Positions 8,116 through 15,534 are shown, counted from the first letter of the stretch. The stretch is DNA of 32,000 bases from Methylorubrum extorquens (GCA_900234795.1 LT962688.1:960001-992000), one strand, 5' to 3'. The notes: generated by a model from the letters alone, not told the origin. Translations and numbers: made by a program.

Positions 8116-8958
8116 GGGCCTGTTGTCGCTTGAACGGATTGCCAACTCTGGCGTTTTCTCGTTTTCAAGTGAGGAGGCGTGATGCTGTCGGACGCGCAGT
8201 GGGATGAGTTGGAGCCGTTGATCGAGGCCTGTCGCCCAAAGGCCAAGACGCCGCCTCAGGAGCTTCGGCGCACGATCTCGGCCATCCTCTGGCGGCATCA
8301 GAACGGGGCCAAGTGGCGGGCCATCCCCGAGGAATTGGGCCCTTGGTGGCGCGCTGCTCAGATCTTCATCCGGTGGGCGCGCGCCGGGGTGTGGGAGCGG
8401 TTGCTCGACCGCGTGCAGGAGCGCGGTCTCGCACTGGGCATGGTCTTCCTCGACGGCAGCAACGTGCGGGCTCATCAGAAGGCGGCGGGCGCTGCAAAAA
8501 GGGGGGATCTGCGGCCGAGCGAGACCATCGTGAAGCGCTTGGCCGCTCACGTGGCGGCTATGGCACCAAAGCCTGCGTGATCGCCGACGGAGCGGGCCGC
8601 GCCGTCGCCTTCCGCATCGCCCCGGGGCAGGCGCACGAACTGCCCCATGCCATCCCGTTGCTCGACCAATTGCCCGGTGTGCCGAAGTGGGTGGTGGGCG
8701 ACCGCGGCTACTCCAGCCACGGCTTCCGCGACCACATCTGGAAGGCAGGCGCCCGGCCCGCGATCCCGACCAAACGCAACGAGGCCCCGGTCGCCTGCCC
8801 GAGTTGGGTCTACAACAACCGCAACATCGTCGAGCGGCTCTGGGCGCGCCTCAAGGAGTGGCGGGCCGTGGCAACCCGATACGAGAAGACCGCCCTCAGC
8901 TTCACCGGCGTTCTCTGCCTTGCCGCAACGCTCGATTGGATCAAGTGACAACAGGACC
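8116..8958 (+). mobile_element. IS5-family (IS427-like group) insertion sequence, apparently intact
   Basis: The terminal inverted repeats are GGGCCTGTTGTC(G)CTTGA at 8116 and the reverse complement of TCAAGTGACAACAGGACC ending at 8958, with few mismatches over about 18-20 bp. They are flanked by TA (8114-8115) and TA (8959-8960), consistent with a 2-bp target duplication. The element encodes a two-frame DDE transposase. Confidence 0.85.
8179..8948 (+). CDS. IS5-family DDE transposase, OrfA-OrfB fusion by programmed -1 frameshift
   Basis: OrfA is 8179..8580 (MLSDAQWDELEPLI...AILWRHQNGAKWRAIP). OrfB is in the -1 frame to 8948. The slippery run GCAAAAAGGGGGG lies at 8494-8506. DDE hallmarks are VFLDGSNVRAH, VVGDRGYSS and NIVERLWARLKEWRAVATRYEK. 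Confidence 0.8.
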
Positions 8959-9058
8959 TAAATCACAAGTTAATAGGTGAAGGTGGTCGGCGCTGAGCGA
9001 TCCCGGGGCAGCCGACCGAGGTTCATGCGCCGCAGCGGCGCGGCGCAATGGGGGACGA

Positions 9059-9577
9059 TCAGTTGGCAACCGCGGTTGGCTCACCCTCTTCCCCGGTGAC
9101 GTACTCGAAGAAGTTGCCGGCGATCACGTCCCAGCGCTCGTAGTTGTCGTCGAGGCCGACGAGGTGACCACGGTTGATCGGCGTGCCGATCGCCGCGACG
9201 AATTCGGCGATGGCGTCATCGATCTCGGGGTCGGCCGCCAGTGCGGGCCGGTAGAACTGGACGAGGTACAGCAGCATGTCGGCGACTTCGGCGTTGTGCT
9301 CCGCCAAGCGCGTCGGGCTGTGCCGGACGGGGTAGGAAGGCACCGGGTTGATGCGGCCAGGATCGCGCCAGGGCTCACCCGTGACCATCTGGCGGATGGC
9401 GCCGTGAGCGGGGCGGTACTGGCCGTCCTCGTCCGCCATCAGAACTTGGCCCGTGTCTTCGAGATGAACCACATGGGCGACGGGCAGCCCCTCGTTGCGG
9501 AGCGCATCGAAGGCGGCGCCGAAGGGGGAGGAGGGGTCGCGCAGCAGCGCGGAGAGTGGATCGATGTTGGAGGGCAT
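9059..9577 (-). CDS. hypothetical protein (172 aa)
   Basis: An internal ATG (cat at 9575-9577) gives MPSNIDPLSALLRDPSS.... The upstream part of tracked ORF 9059..9817 crosses an intergenic hairpin. No family recognised. Confidence 0.6.
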   Translation of the reverse strand: MPSNIDPLSALLRDPSSPFGAAFDALRNEGLPVAHVVHLEDTGQVLMADEDGQYRPAHGAIRQMVTGEPWRDPGRINPVPSYPVRHSPTRLAEHNAEVADMLLYLVQFYRPALAADPEIDDAIAEFVAAIGTPINRGHLVGLDDNYERWDVIAGNFFEYVTGEEGEPTAVAN

Positions 9578-9643
9578 CAAATGGCTTTCTGGCAATGTGG
9601 ATCGTGCCCGACGCCCAAACGGCGTCGTAAGGTATGGATACGA

Positions 9644-9687
9644 GGCAGCCCTGACCGCCGTCGATATCTTTCGGTCAGGCGGCTGCC
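9644..9687. repeat. GC-rich intergenic hairpin whose loop carries a conserved 20-mer (copy A)
   Basis: The structure is GGCAGCCCTGACCG-[ccgtcgatatcttt]-CGGTCAGgcGGCTGCC. The 20-mer CCGCCGTCGATATCTTTCGG at 9655-9674 is identical to 10461-10480. The hairpin starts 4 nt after the stop of gene 9691..10224. Confidence 0.6.
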
Positions 9688-9690
9688 GGA

Positions 9691-10224
9691 TCAGCCCGCG
9701 GCGGCAAAGAAGGCTTGGCGGTCCTTGATCGCCTGCGCGATCGAAGCGAAGAACGGGCTGTAATTGCGGCCCTCGGAAGGGCAGTTGCCGGCGGCATCCT
9801 CCGCCAGCCACTTCCACTCAACCGGATCGTAGCTGTCCCCCCGCCCGGCCATCGCGTCGATCAAGCCGAATAGCATGTCGTCGCCGATGATTTCGAGACC
9901 CCATTCATTGACGTCGTCCACGACGTAGACGCGTGCATCCGGCCGCCGCTCCCGAAGTTCGTGGAGCATAATGATCGCCTCGATGAAGTCGGGGGTCTCC
10001 CAGGCATGCCGCCGGGCAGGGCAATCGGGAAATCCCACGGCGATGCAGTAGTAGCTGGGCTCTTGTTCGTCCAAGTCGTCGTCGCCAACCACATCAAGGG
10101 TCAGCACGTTCGTGCCTTCGTGGCTGATGGGGAGAGGTTCGAGAACGAAGTAGCTGGCCGCAGCGATGTTGGCATCAGAGTTCGGAACAAGGGCTCGCCA
10201 ATCGAGCATAGAACGGATCATCAT
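9691..10224 (-). CDS. acidic hypothetical protein (177 aa), distant paralogue of 7620..8108
   Basis: ATG-started ORF with Asp/Glu-rich stretches (DVVGDDDLDEQEP). It shares sequence blocks with the 162-aa protein. Confidence 0.6.
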   Translation of the reverse strand: MMIRSMLDWRALVPNSDANIAAASYFVLEPLPISHEGTNVLTLDVVGDDDLDEQEPSYYCIAVGFPDCPARRHAWETPDFIEAIIMLHELRERRPDARVYVVDDVNEWGLEIIGDDMLFGLIDAMAGRGDSYDPVEWKWLAEDAAGNCPSEGRNYSPFFASIAQAIKDRQAFFAAAG

Positions 10225-10460
10225 GTGCGTACTTTCTGCGCCCCAACGGCGCGTTTCTATGTAATGAGGCAGGAGTCGCGGTCTTGTCGATATTTTCTGG
10301 GACTGCCTAAGAAGAGGATTGCGGCGATCGGCTAAATACGAGATGCGCTACTATGAGATTGTCTGGGCCATCTTTGATGAGGCCAAGACCAGAAAGCCGA
10401 AAACGCCTCTGGTACCCACCCAATCCAGAAACCAAAGACCTAGCTATTCGACTGCCAGCG

Positions 10461-10480
10461 CCGCCGTCGATATCTTTCGG
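10461..10480. repeat. second copy of the conserved 20-mer CCGCCGTCGATATCTTTCGG (copy B)
   Basis: Exact 20/20 identity to 9655-9674, with partially similar flanks (..GGCGG..GGAT). It sits in the 447-bp divergent intergenic region between 10224 and 10672. Confidence 0.6.
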
Positions 10481-10671
10481 CCCCCTGGCGGTGGATTGAT
10501 CGATGCCGACGCTGAAGACTTGGTGGATCAGGCGAGTTCCGGCGCGATGACGGCGAAGATCGAGCTGTAGTCACCCTCTTTCGCTTGCCGCAGCCGGTGC
10601 GAAAAGAAATCGCTTTCCGGACTCCTGCGCAGCTATGGTCAGGGCATTGCTCAACACGAGAGACATTGCCC

Positions 10672-11895
10672 ATGCCCAATTACGCTATCAATCGCCTGAC
10701 CCTCACCGGTCCAGTGTCCGAACTGAGGCGCTTCGAGAGCGAATGCATCCGCGTTCAACGCGATGAACCCGCTGGGACGCCCGCACTTGATCTCGAGGCG
10801 CTTGTCCCGGTGCCGCCCGAGATTGTGGCCACCTTCGACGACCGATCGGATGAAGCGCGGCAGGCCGCCGTCGCCGCTACCGGGTGCGAGAACTGGCGCG
10901 ACTGGTGCATCCAATCCTGGGGCACGAAGTGGAATACGTGCGACTTCATCGGGCGCATGATCGACGGGATGATCTACGACTGCGTCTTCGACACGGCTTG
11001 GTCGTGTCCGGAGCCGGCCCTGAGAGAACTGGCCGCCAAGTATCCTGCCCTCAGTGGGACCATCGTGTCGTGCGACCCGGCGGACGATTGGTGCCTGATC
11101 GGTACCATCCAGCACGGCTTCTACAGCAGTTCTGCGAGCGCCTACGATCCCCAGATCGACCTGCTGATGTGGGCTGGGTACCAGGAAATGGCATATCCTG
11201 GTGCGCTCATCCACGCGCTGATCGAGAGTGTTTCCGGTGAGAGGGCCGGTGAGGCGAGCCGTGACATGGCTGTGCCCGAGCGCCGGAGGACGATCTTCGC
11301 CGCTCTCGACCAGCGACTTACTCACAGCCTGTGTCGGCGCTTCTACTTCGAGCGGTCGGCCTTGGACGTGCTCGCTCTCCTGGAGGCCGGCCAAAGCGTT
11401 TGGGACATCCGTGAGCGCAATCTCGTGCAGCATCCGGGAAGCGCAAAGGACGTCGCGTTCCTCCTCGGGAACGACCGCATGCGTACTCCGCTCGACCGCC
11501 AACTGCTGATCGGGATGGCGACCGCTCTTCGAGACGACGCGCTGGTGGGCTGTGGTGACAATGAGAAGGCCGCCCGCGATCGACGCACCCGGATCGAGGA
11601 TCAGGTGCTGCCGGACTACGATGAGGACGATCTAAGAGCCTGGGCCGCGGTGGCGATGTACCGGCCGGGTGTGCTGATCGACATGGGGAGCATCGAGGCG
11701 CTCGAGCAGAGCGTCCTCGACTACGCCGATCGCTTGCATGCCGATCTGCTGGCGCACATGGACAGCGGAGGGATCGAGTTCCCCGACCCAATCCGGACGG
11801 AACAGGCGATTGACTGCGCCCTCGAAGCGCTCCGGCTTCCGACGCAGGAAGGCGTTCGCTTTGGGGCTGCCGAGGTCGGATCGAGTAGCCCATGA
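10672..11895 (+). CDS. DUF1281/Api92-like ferredoxin-fold domain protein with a long C-terminal extension (407 aa)
   Basis: ATG at 10672 gives MPNYAINRLTLTGP.... The motifs NWRDWCIQSWGTKWNTCDF and FDTAWSCPEPALRELAAKYP match my memory of the DUF1281 family common on plasmids and ICEs. The C-terminal ~230 aa were not recognised. Confidence 0.55.
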   Translation: MPNYAINRLTLTGPVSELRRFESECIRVQRDEPAGTPALDLEALVPVPPEIVATFDDRSDEARQAAVAATGCENWRDWCIQSWGTKWNTCDFIGRMIDGMIYDCVFDTAWSCPEPALRELAAKYPALSGTIVSCDPADDWCLIGTIQHGFYSSSASAYDPQIDLLMWAGYQEMAYPGALIHALIESVSGERAGEASRDMAVPERRRTIFAALDQRLTHSLCRRFYFERSALDVLALLEAGQSVWDIRERNLVQHPGSAKDVAFLLGNDRMRTPLDRQLLIGMATALRDDALVGCGDNEKAARDRRTRIEDQVLPDYDEDDLRAWAAVAMYRPGVLIDMGSIEALEQSVLDYADRLHADLLAHMDSGGIEFPDPIRTEQAIDCALEALRLPTQEGVRFGAAEVGSSSP

Positions 11896-11995
11896 CGGCC
11901 GACCGGCCTGCGCGAGGATGCATCGGACCAAGAAGACCGAGGTTGCGACGCCTCTACAGGCACAAGCCTCTGGGCGACATCTGCACCGCTCACCG

Positions 11996-12124
11996 TCAGC
12001 CGCGATCCATCAGCTTCCAGCCGAAAACGGCCCCAACTGCGAACGCGACTACGTGGAGCGTGATCCAGACGATCGCGCGTCGGAAGACCCGCACGACAGC
12101 GACCAGCATCAGCAACTCGATCAT
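11996..12124 (-). CDS. unannotated 42-aa hydrophobic membrane peptide
   Basis: Hand translation gives MIELLMLVAVVRVFRRAIVWITLHVVAFAVGAVFGWKLMDRG*. The ATG overlaps the stop of the J-domain gene (ATGA at 12121-12124). Third-position G/C bias is very strong. It is below the 60-aa cutoff of the ORF track. Confidence 0.45.
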   Translation of the reverse strand: MIELLMLVAVVRVFRRAIVWITLHVVAFAVGAVFGWKLMDRG

Positions 12125-12603
12125 TCACGAAGCTCCTTGATCCGCTCGAAGGCGGCGCAGACGGCCTGGAAACTCGCCGTGGCCGCCGCCTTCTTCTCGG
12201 GCGGCCGGCGGTCTGGGTGATAGTGTTGGAGCAGAGCCCGCCGCGCCGCAGCGACAACGACGGTATGGGCAGTCGCTGCGAGCCCCACGCTGCGGTAGAG
12301 CTTGTCCTCCTCGTCGTCCTCGATCGACGCCAGCCGCCCCTGAAGTTGCTCGATCCATGCGTGCGCGGTCGCAAGATCGTGCCGCGTGCTTTCGATCTGA
12401 GTACGGGCCTCGGCAAGCTCGGCACGAACGAGTTCGTGCTTCCCGCGCAGGGCTGAGTCCTCACCCTTGATGCCGAGGACGCTGTCGAGCAGACGCAGAT
12501 TGCGGCGCGTGATGTCAGCGAGCCGTTCCAGGCTCGGGCGAACGGCAGCAAGCTGCGCGGGCGTGTATCGGCCAAAGTTCAATTCGTCGATTTCTAGGAT
12601 CAT
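12121..12603 (-). CDS. coiled-coil protein with a C-terminal J-domain (DnaJ-like, HPD motif)
   Basis: LYRSVGLAATAHTVVVAAARRALLQHYHPDRRPPEKKAAATASFQAVCAAFERI fits the J-domain helix II-HPD-helix III pattern. HPD is encoded at 12211-12219. The N-terminal half is heptad-like (ELVRAELAEARTQIESTRHDLATAHAWIEQLQGRL). There is an ATGA overlap with the upstream gene. Confidence 0.75.
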   Translation of the reverse strand: MILEIDELNFGRYTPAQLAAVRPSLERLADITRRNLRLLDSVLGIKGEDSALRGKHELVRAELAEARTQIESTRHDLATAHAWIEQLQGRLASIEDDEEDKLYRSVGLAATAHTVVVAAARRALLQHYHPDRRPPEKKAAATASFQAVCAAFERIKELRE

Positions 12604-12827
12604 CGCAGCACCAGAGCCGGGAGCAGATTGCCGGTGCCGACGAGAACGCCACGCGCATCCCGGGTCACGTCGGCGCGATGATCGTACTGGCCGACCAAAA
12701 GGCCGCGCGCGTCGCGAGCGACCGTCTTCGTCGTGAGGTGCTGCGTCTCGAGGCGGCCGACGATGATGCCGCGCTTGTCACGGATGATCTGAACCGCTGC
12801 GGGCTGCTGATACGCGGGCGTGTCCAT
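12600..12827 (-). CDS. 75-aa protein made of three RDxRGxxVG repeats
   Basis: The repeats are IRDKRGIIVGRLE, ARDARGLLVGQYD and TRDARGVLVGTGN. The start overlaps the stop of the 420-aa gene (TGATG), and the stop overlaps the J-domain gene start (ATGA). Confidence 0.6.
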   Translation of the reverse strand: MDTPAYQQPAAVQIIRDKRGIIVGRLETQHLTTKTVARDARGLLVGQYDHRADVTRDARGVLVGTGNLLPALVLR

Positions 12828-14089
12828 CAGGCCGCCTCGCTCGCGACGGTCTCAAGCTCTTCGAGGTCGTTGGCGGGCGCCTCGTCGAACTCGACGCCCC
12901 AGCCGGTGTTGTCGGGCTCGGCAAAATTGTACTGGCTCAGTACCTGTGCCGCGGCGGCAACCAAGTCCCCGTCGTCCGGCGCGTGGTCGTAGAGCGCGAC
13001 CCCACAGGCCGCCAGCTTGCGCCGCACGGCAGCCGCGCGCTCCGGCCTTACCTTGCAGTTCTTGCGTGCATAGAGCCCTTCAAGCAGGAAGCCCTGCGTG
13101 GTCACGCGCAGTTCGGCGATGACGCCCGGTTCCGGTGCTGCCGGGCGGTACTCGATGTACACGTAGTTGCCGACGTAGACCTCTCCCGCTTTGCTTTTGA
13201 GGCAGTTTGCGTAACGGCGACCCGCATCCGCCAGTGCGTCGGCCGATCCGAGGGTGACGAGGGTAGGGTCACCGCGGGTGTCGAGCGTGCGCGGCAACCG
13301 GTCAAATCGATAGGTCCACCCCTTGTAAAGCGTCGAGCGATGATCGCCCGGCTTCAATCGTGCCAGGGATGATCGGATCGCCTCACCGGTTGCTTTGGAG
13401 CAGCGCGCCCGAACGTAGGCCAGGGCAGCGTTGAGTTCGGCGACCTGCTTCGTTTCGTTGACACTGGCGACGAACGCCGGATGCAGCAGCATGGGATCGA
13501 GCAGGCTAACGATCTCAATCTGCGCGCCGACGAGGCTGCCGCTCATCTGACCGAGCACCTTCACCCTGTGCCTGTCTGGAGCGGTGGTGGAGAAGAACAG
13601 GCGCTGAAGCTCCCTGTAAGTCTCCGGAGCCCCGACAGGGGCATGCCCTAGCCGCTGCATGGCGCCGAGAAGCCCGTCCGGCACGGTGTCGAAGAGCGCA
13701 CGAACAAGATTGCGCGGGCGGCGTAGCAGCAGGATGGCACGGCCGATCACGGCTGGATCGCTGTTGCCAGGAGCGTCGGTCTCTTCGAGCGCATATCGAA
13801 AACGTTTGGCAATCTCAGCCTGTCCGAGCCAGTCGAAGCTCGCCAGCGCCAGGAACAGGGCCTGCCGACGCGCCGATCCGAAGTACAGGGTCGATGCCAG
13901 CAAGCCAGGACATGCACGATCGAGGATGATGGCTCGATCGAGTGCCCAGCCGGAGTAAGTTTTGGGTCTAGAATGCTTACGATCAGCCGACGAGGGGGCG
14001 GTATTTGATAGCTGCATCATTAGATGCTGCCTTAGATCGAAATTCTCGCAAGCGAAATCGTGTGCACGTTCGAACATGGCCGGGTGCAC
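12827..14089 (-). CDS. 420-aa hypothetical protein, C-terminal region possibly PcfJ-like
   Basis: Long ORF with good coding bias. The segment LVTLGSADALADAGRRYANCLKSKAGEVYVGNYVYIEYR...IAELRV...LEGLYARKNCKV loosely recalls the PcfJ-like pattern (L..EG....HCV..Y......I.S....). This assignment is tentative. Confidence 0.65.
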   Translation of the reverse strand: MHPAMFERAHDFACENFDLRQHLMMQLSNTAPSSADRKHSRPKTYSGWALDRAIILDRACPGLLASTLYFGSARRQALFLALASFDWLGQAEIAKRFRYALEETDAPGNSDPAVIGRAILLLRRPRNLVRALFDTVPDGLLGAMQRLGHAPVGAPETYRELQRLFFSTTAPDRHRVKVLGQMSGSLVGAQIEIVSLLDPMLLHPAFVASVNETKQVAELNAALAYVRARCSKATGEAIRSSLARLKPGDHRSTLYKGWTYRFDRLPRTLDTRGDPTLVTLGSADALADAGRRYANCLKSKAGEVYVGNYVYIEYRPAAPEPGVIAELRVTTQGFLLEGLYARKNCKVRPERAAAVRRKLAACGVALYDHAPDDGDLVAAAAQVLSQYNFAEPDNTGWGVEFDEAPANDLEELETVASEAA

Positions 14090-14133
14090 GCGTATTAACT
14101 ACGATGCTGCCTTCGCCCTAATGGGAGACACAC

Positions 14134-14460
14134 ATGCTTCCCACCAAAAATATGCGCCCTGCTCCGACGATCAGTGTCCCTGATCGCGGTGCAATCTTCA
14201 GCGACATCCTTCGGCGGCAGGCTCTACGCCGCGAGTCACAACTCCCCCTGCTCAACGTGCGGGCCGAGTACGAGCGCGCCGTCGAAGAGGCTCGATGGCG
14301 GGCGCATGTTGAGAAAAACGGCGAGGCCATCCGCGCCCAAGTTCTTGCCGAACTTCGCGCCAAGAACGGGCCTCAGTTCGGAGGCAGCGCTTGCTGCAAG
14401 TGGGCCGTAAAAGTATTGGCTTCAAGAAGGCTCCACGCAATGTTCGACAAGTCGGCTTAG
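14134..14460 (+). CDS. hypothetical protein (108 aa)
   Basis: ATG preceded by GGGAGA. Divergent from the 420-aa gene with only 44 bp between them. Arg/Glu-rich and helical. Confidence 0.5.
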   Translation: MLPTKNMRPAPTISVPDRGAIFSDILRRQALRRESQLPLLNVRAEYERAVEEARWRAHVEKNGEAIRAQVLAELRAKNGPQFGGSACCKWAVKVLASRRLHAMFDKSA

Positions 14461-14650
14461 CTATTTATGCGAGCCTGTATTTCGCTAGCCACAATTGCTT
14501 TACGAAATATGGCAAATGTAAAGCATAAACTAGCAGATAAGCAATAAATTGCTGCTAAGCATTCGAGCATACACTAATAGATCACCACAACGGCCATTTT
14601 TATATTCGGACAGGATGCTATTTACAAGTTATGTAGCATGGTTCGCATCA

Positions 14651-15241
14651 TCACTTCACGTCTCCAAATCCGTCTTTAACCAATTCATCACTCAACTCTA
14701 TCGACTGGCCAGTAAAAATTTGACCAACTTCGACGCCAATATCATGCATGTATTTGATATTTGATTCGTAATACACTTTTATATCCTCTAGCCGCTTCGG
14801 CGACACCGACCAATCTATCTGCTCGAACTCCAAGGGTCGGGGAATCGAGTGCTCGATGATAACTTGAAGTCCAGCACGAAGTCCAGACCGGGTCCACTGA
14901 GGCAAGGGACCATCAGCATTCCAGTCATTCATCGTGACGGGCTGATTTTCGGCGATCTTATGCTCCTGAACTACTGATATTGTCTTGCAAATACTTGAGA
15001 TGAGCTCGCGAACATTCTCTTGTTTTTCCATCATATCCAAAATTTTTCTATATTTTAGAAAAGTTTCGATCATAAACTCAGATTCTTCGCTAATAGATCT
15101 TCCAGAAGATGCCGCAGCCGCAGCAACACGATCCTTCAAATCTTCTCTCACGCGAAATCGAAGCGTTTCAGATTTGCGCTCATCGGCCGATTTTTGCGGA
15201 CGCCCCATTCTTTTCGGCCGCTCGTTTGGTTTTGAGATCAT
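14651..15241 (-). CDS. ribbon-helix-helix (CopG/MobC-like) N-terminal domain fused to an unknown C-terminal domain
   Basis: GRPQKSADERKSETLRFRVREDLKDRVAAAAASSGRSISEESEFMIETFL is an RHH pattern. The start was chosen at the ATG at 15239-15241, which has AGAGGGA upstream; the ORF is open to 15265. The gene is markedly AT-rich relative to its surroundings. Confidence 0.6.
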   Translation of the reverse strand: MISKPNERPKRMGRPQKSADERKSETLRFRVREDLKDRVAAAAASSGRSISEESEFMIETFLKYRKILDMMEKQENVRELISSICKTISVVQEHKIAENQPVTMNDWNADGPLPQWTRSGLRAGLQVIIEHSIPRPLEFEQIDWSVSPKRLEDIKVYYESNIKYMHDIGVEVGQIFTGQSIELSDELVKDGFGDVK

Positions 15242-15534
15242 CCGTATCCCTCTGCGCGCCGGCATTCGTAGCAGTGCCCAAAACCTCGCACAACGACACT
15301 TGCATCACATTTAGTGGTACCATATAGGTTTTTTGAAACACCATAAACATTTTTGTTCCACAAAAATACCTGGATACCTACATGACCAAACGTCCCGCTA
15401 GTCTGACGCGCCTCACGGACCTCAGAAGGATGGCGAAAAAACACGCCAACACCCACGAGACTAATGGAAGACTATTGGTACTTGCATCTGCGATATACAC
15501 CCTTGTGACCACCCATTGTTGCGAATGGTAAATC

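Noticed and set aside
9027-10252. Recurrent small hairpins of the form GCGCC-N5-GGCGC at 9027-9041, 9609-9627 and 10238-10252, near the ends or starts of the minus-strand accessory genes.
   Set aside because: 5-7-bp GC stems of this kind are expected frequently by chance in DNA this GC-rich. The loops differ, and the positions relative to the genes are inconsistent (5' UTR in two cases, 3' in one).
10319-10570. 83-aa plus-strand ORF in the divergent intergenic region. It includes the translated 20-mer (AAVDIFRPPGG), which also appears in ORF 9495..9728.
   Set aside because: The shared peptide is just a consequence of the repeated 20-nt DNA motif. There is no Shine-Dalgarno, the coding bias is weak, and the other copy lies antisense or intergenic. 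It is more likely a non-coding element.
14540-14553. AT-rich palindrome AGCAAT-AA-ATTGCT between the convergent genes 14134..14460 and 14651..15241, considered as a bidirectional terminator.
   Set aside because: A 2-nt loop cannot form a stable RNA hairpin and there is no GC-rich stem. If functional, it is more likely a protein-binding site. It is mentioned under the AT-rich segment finding instead.
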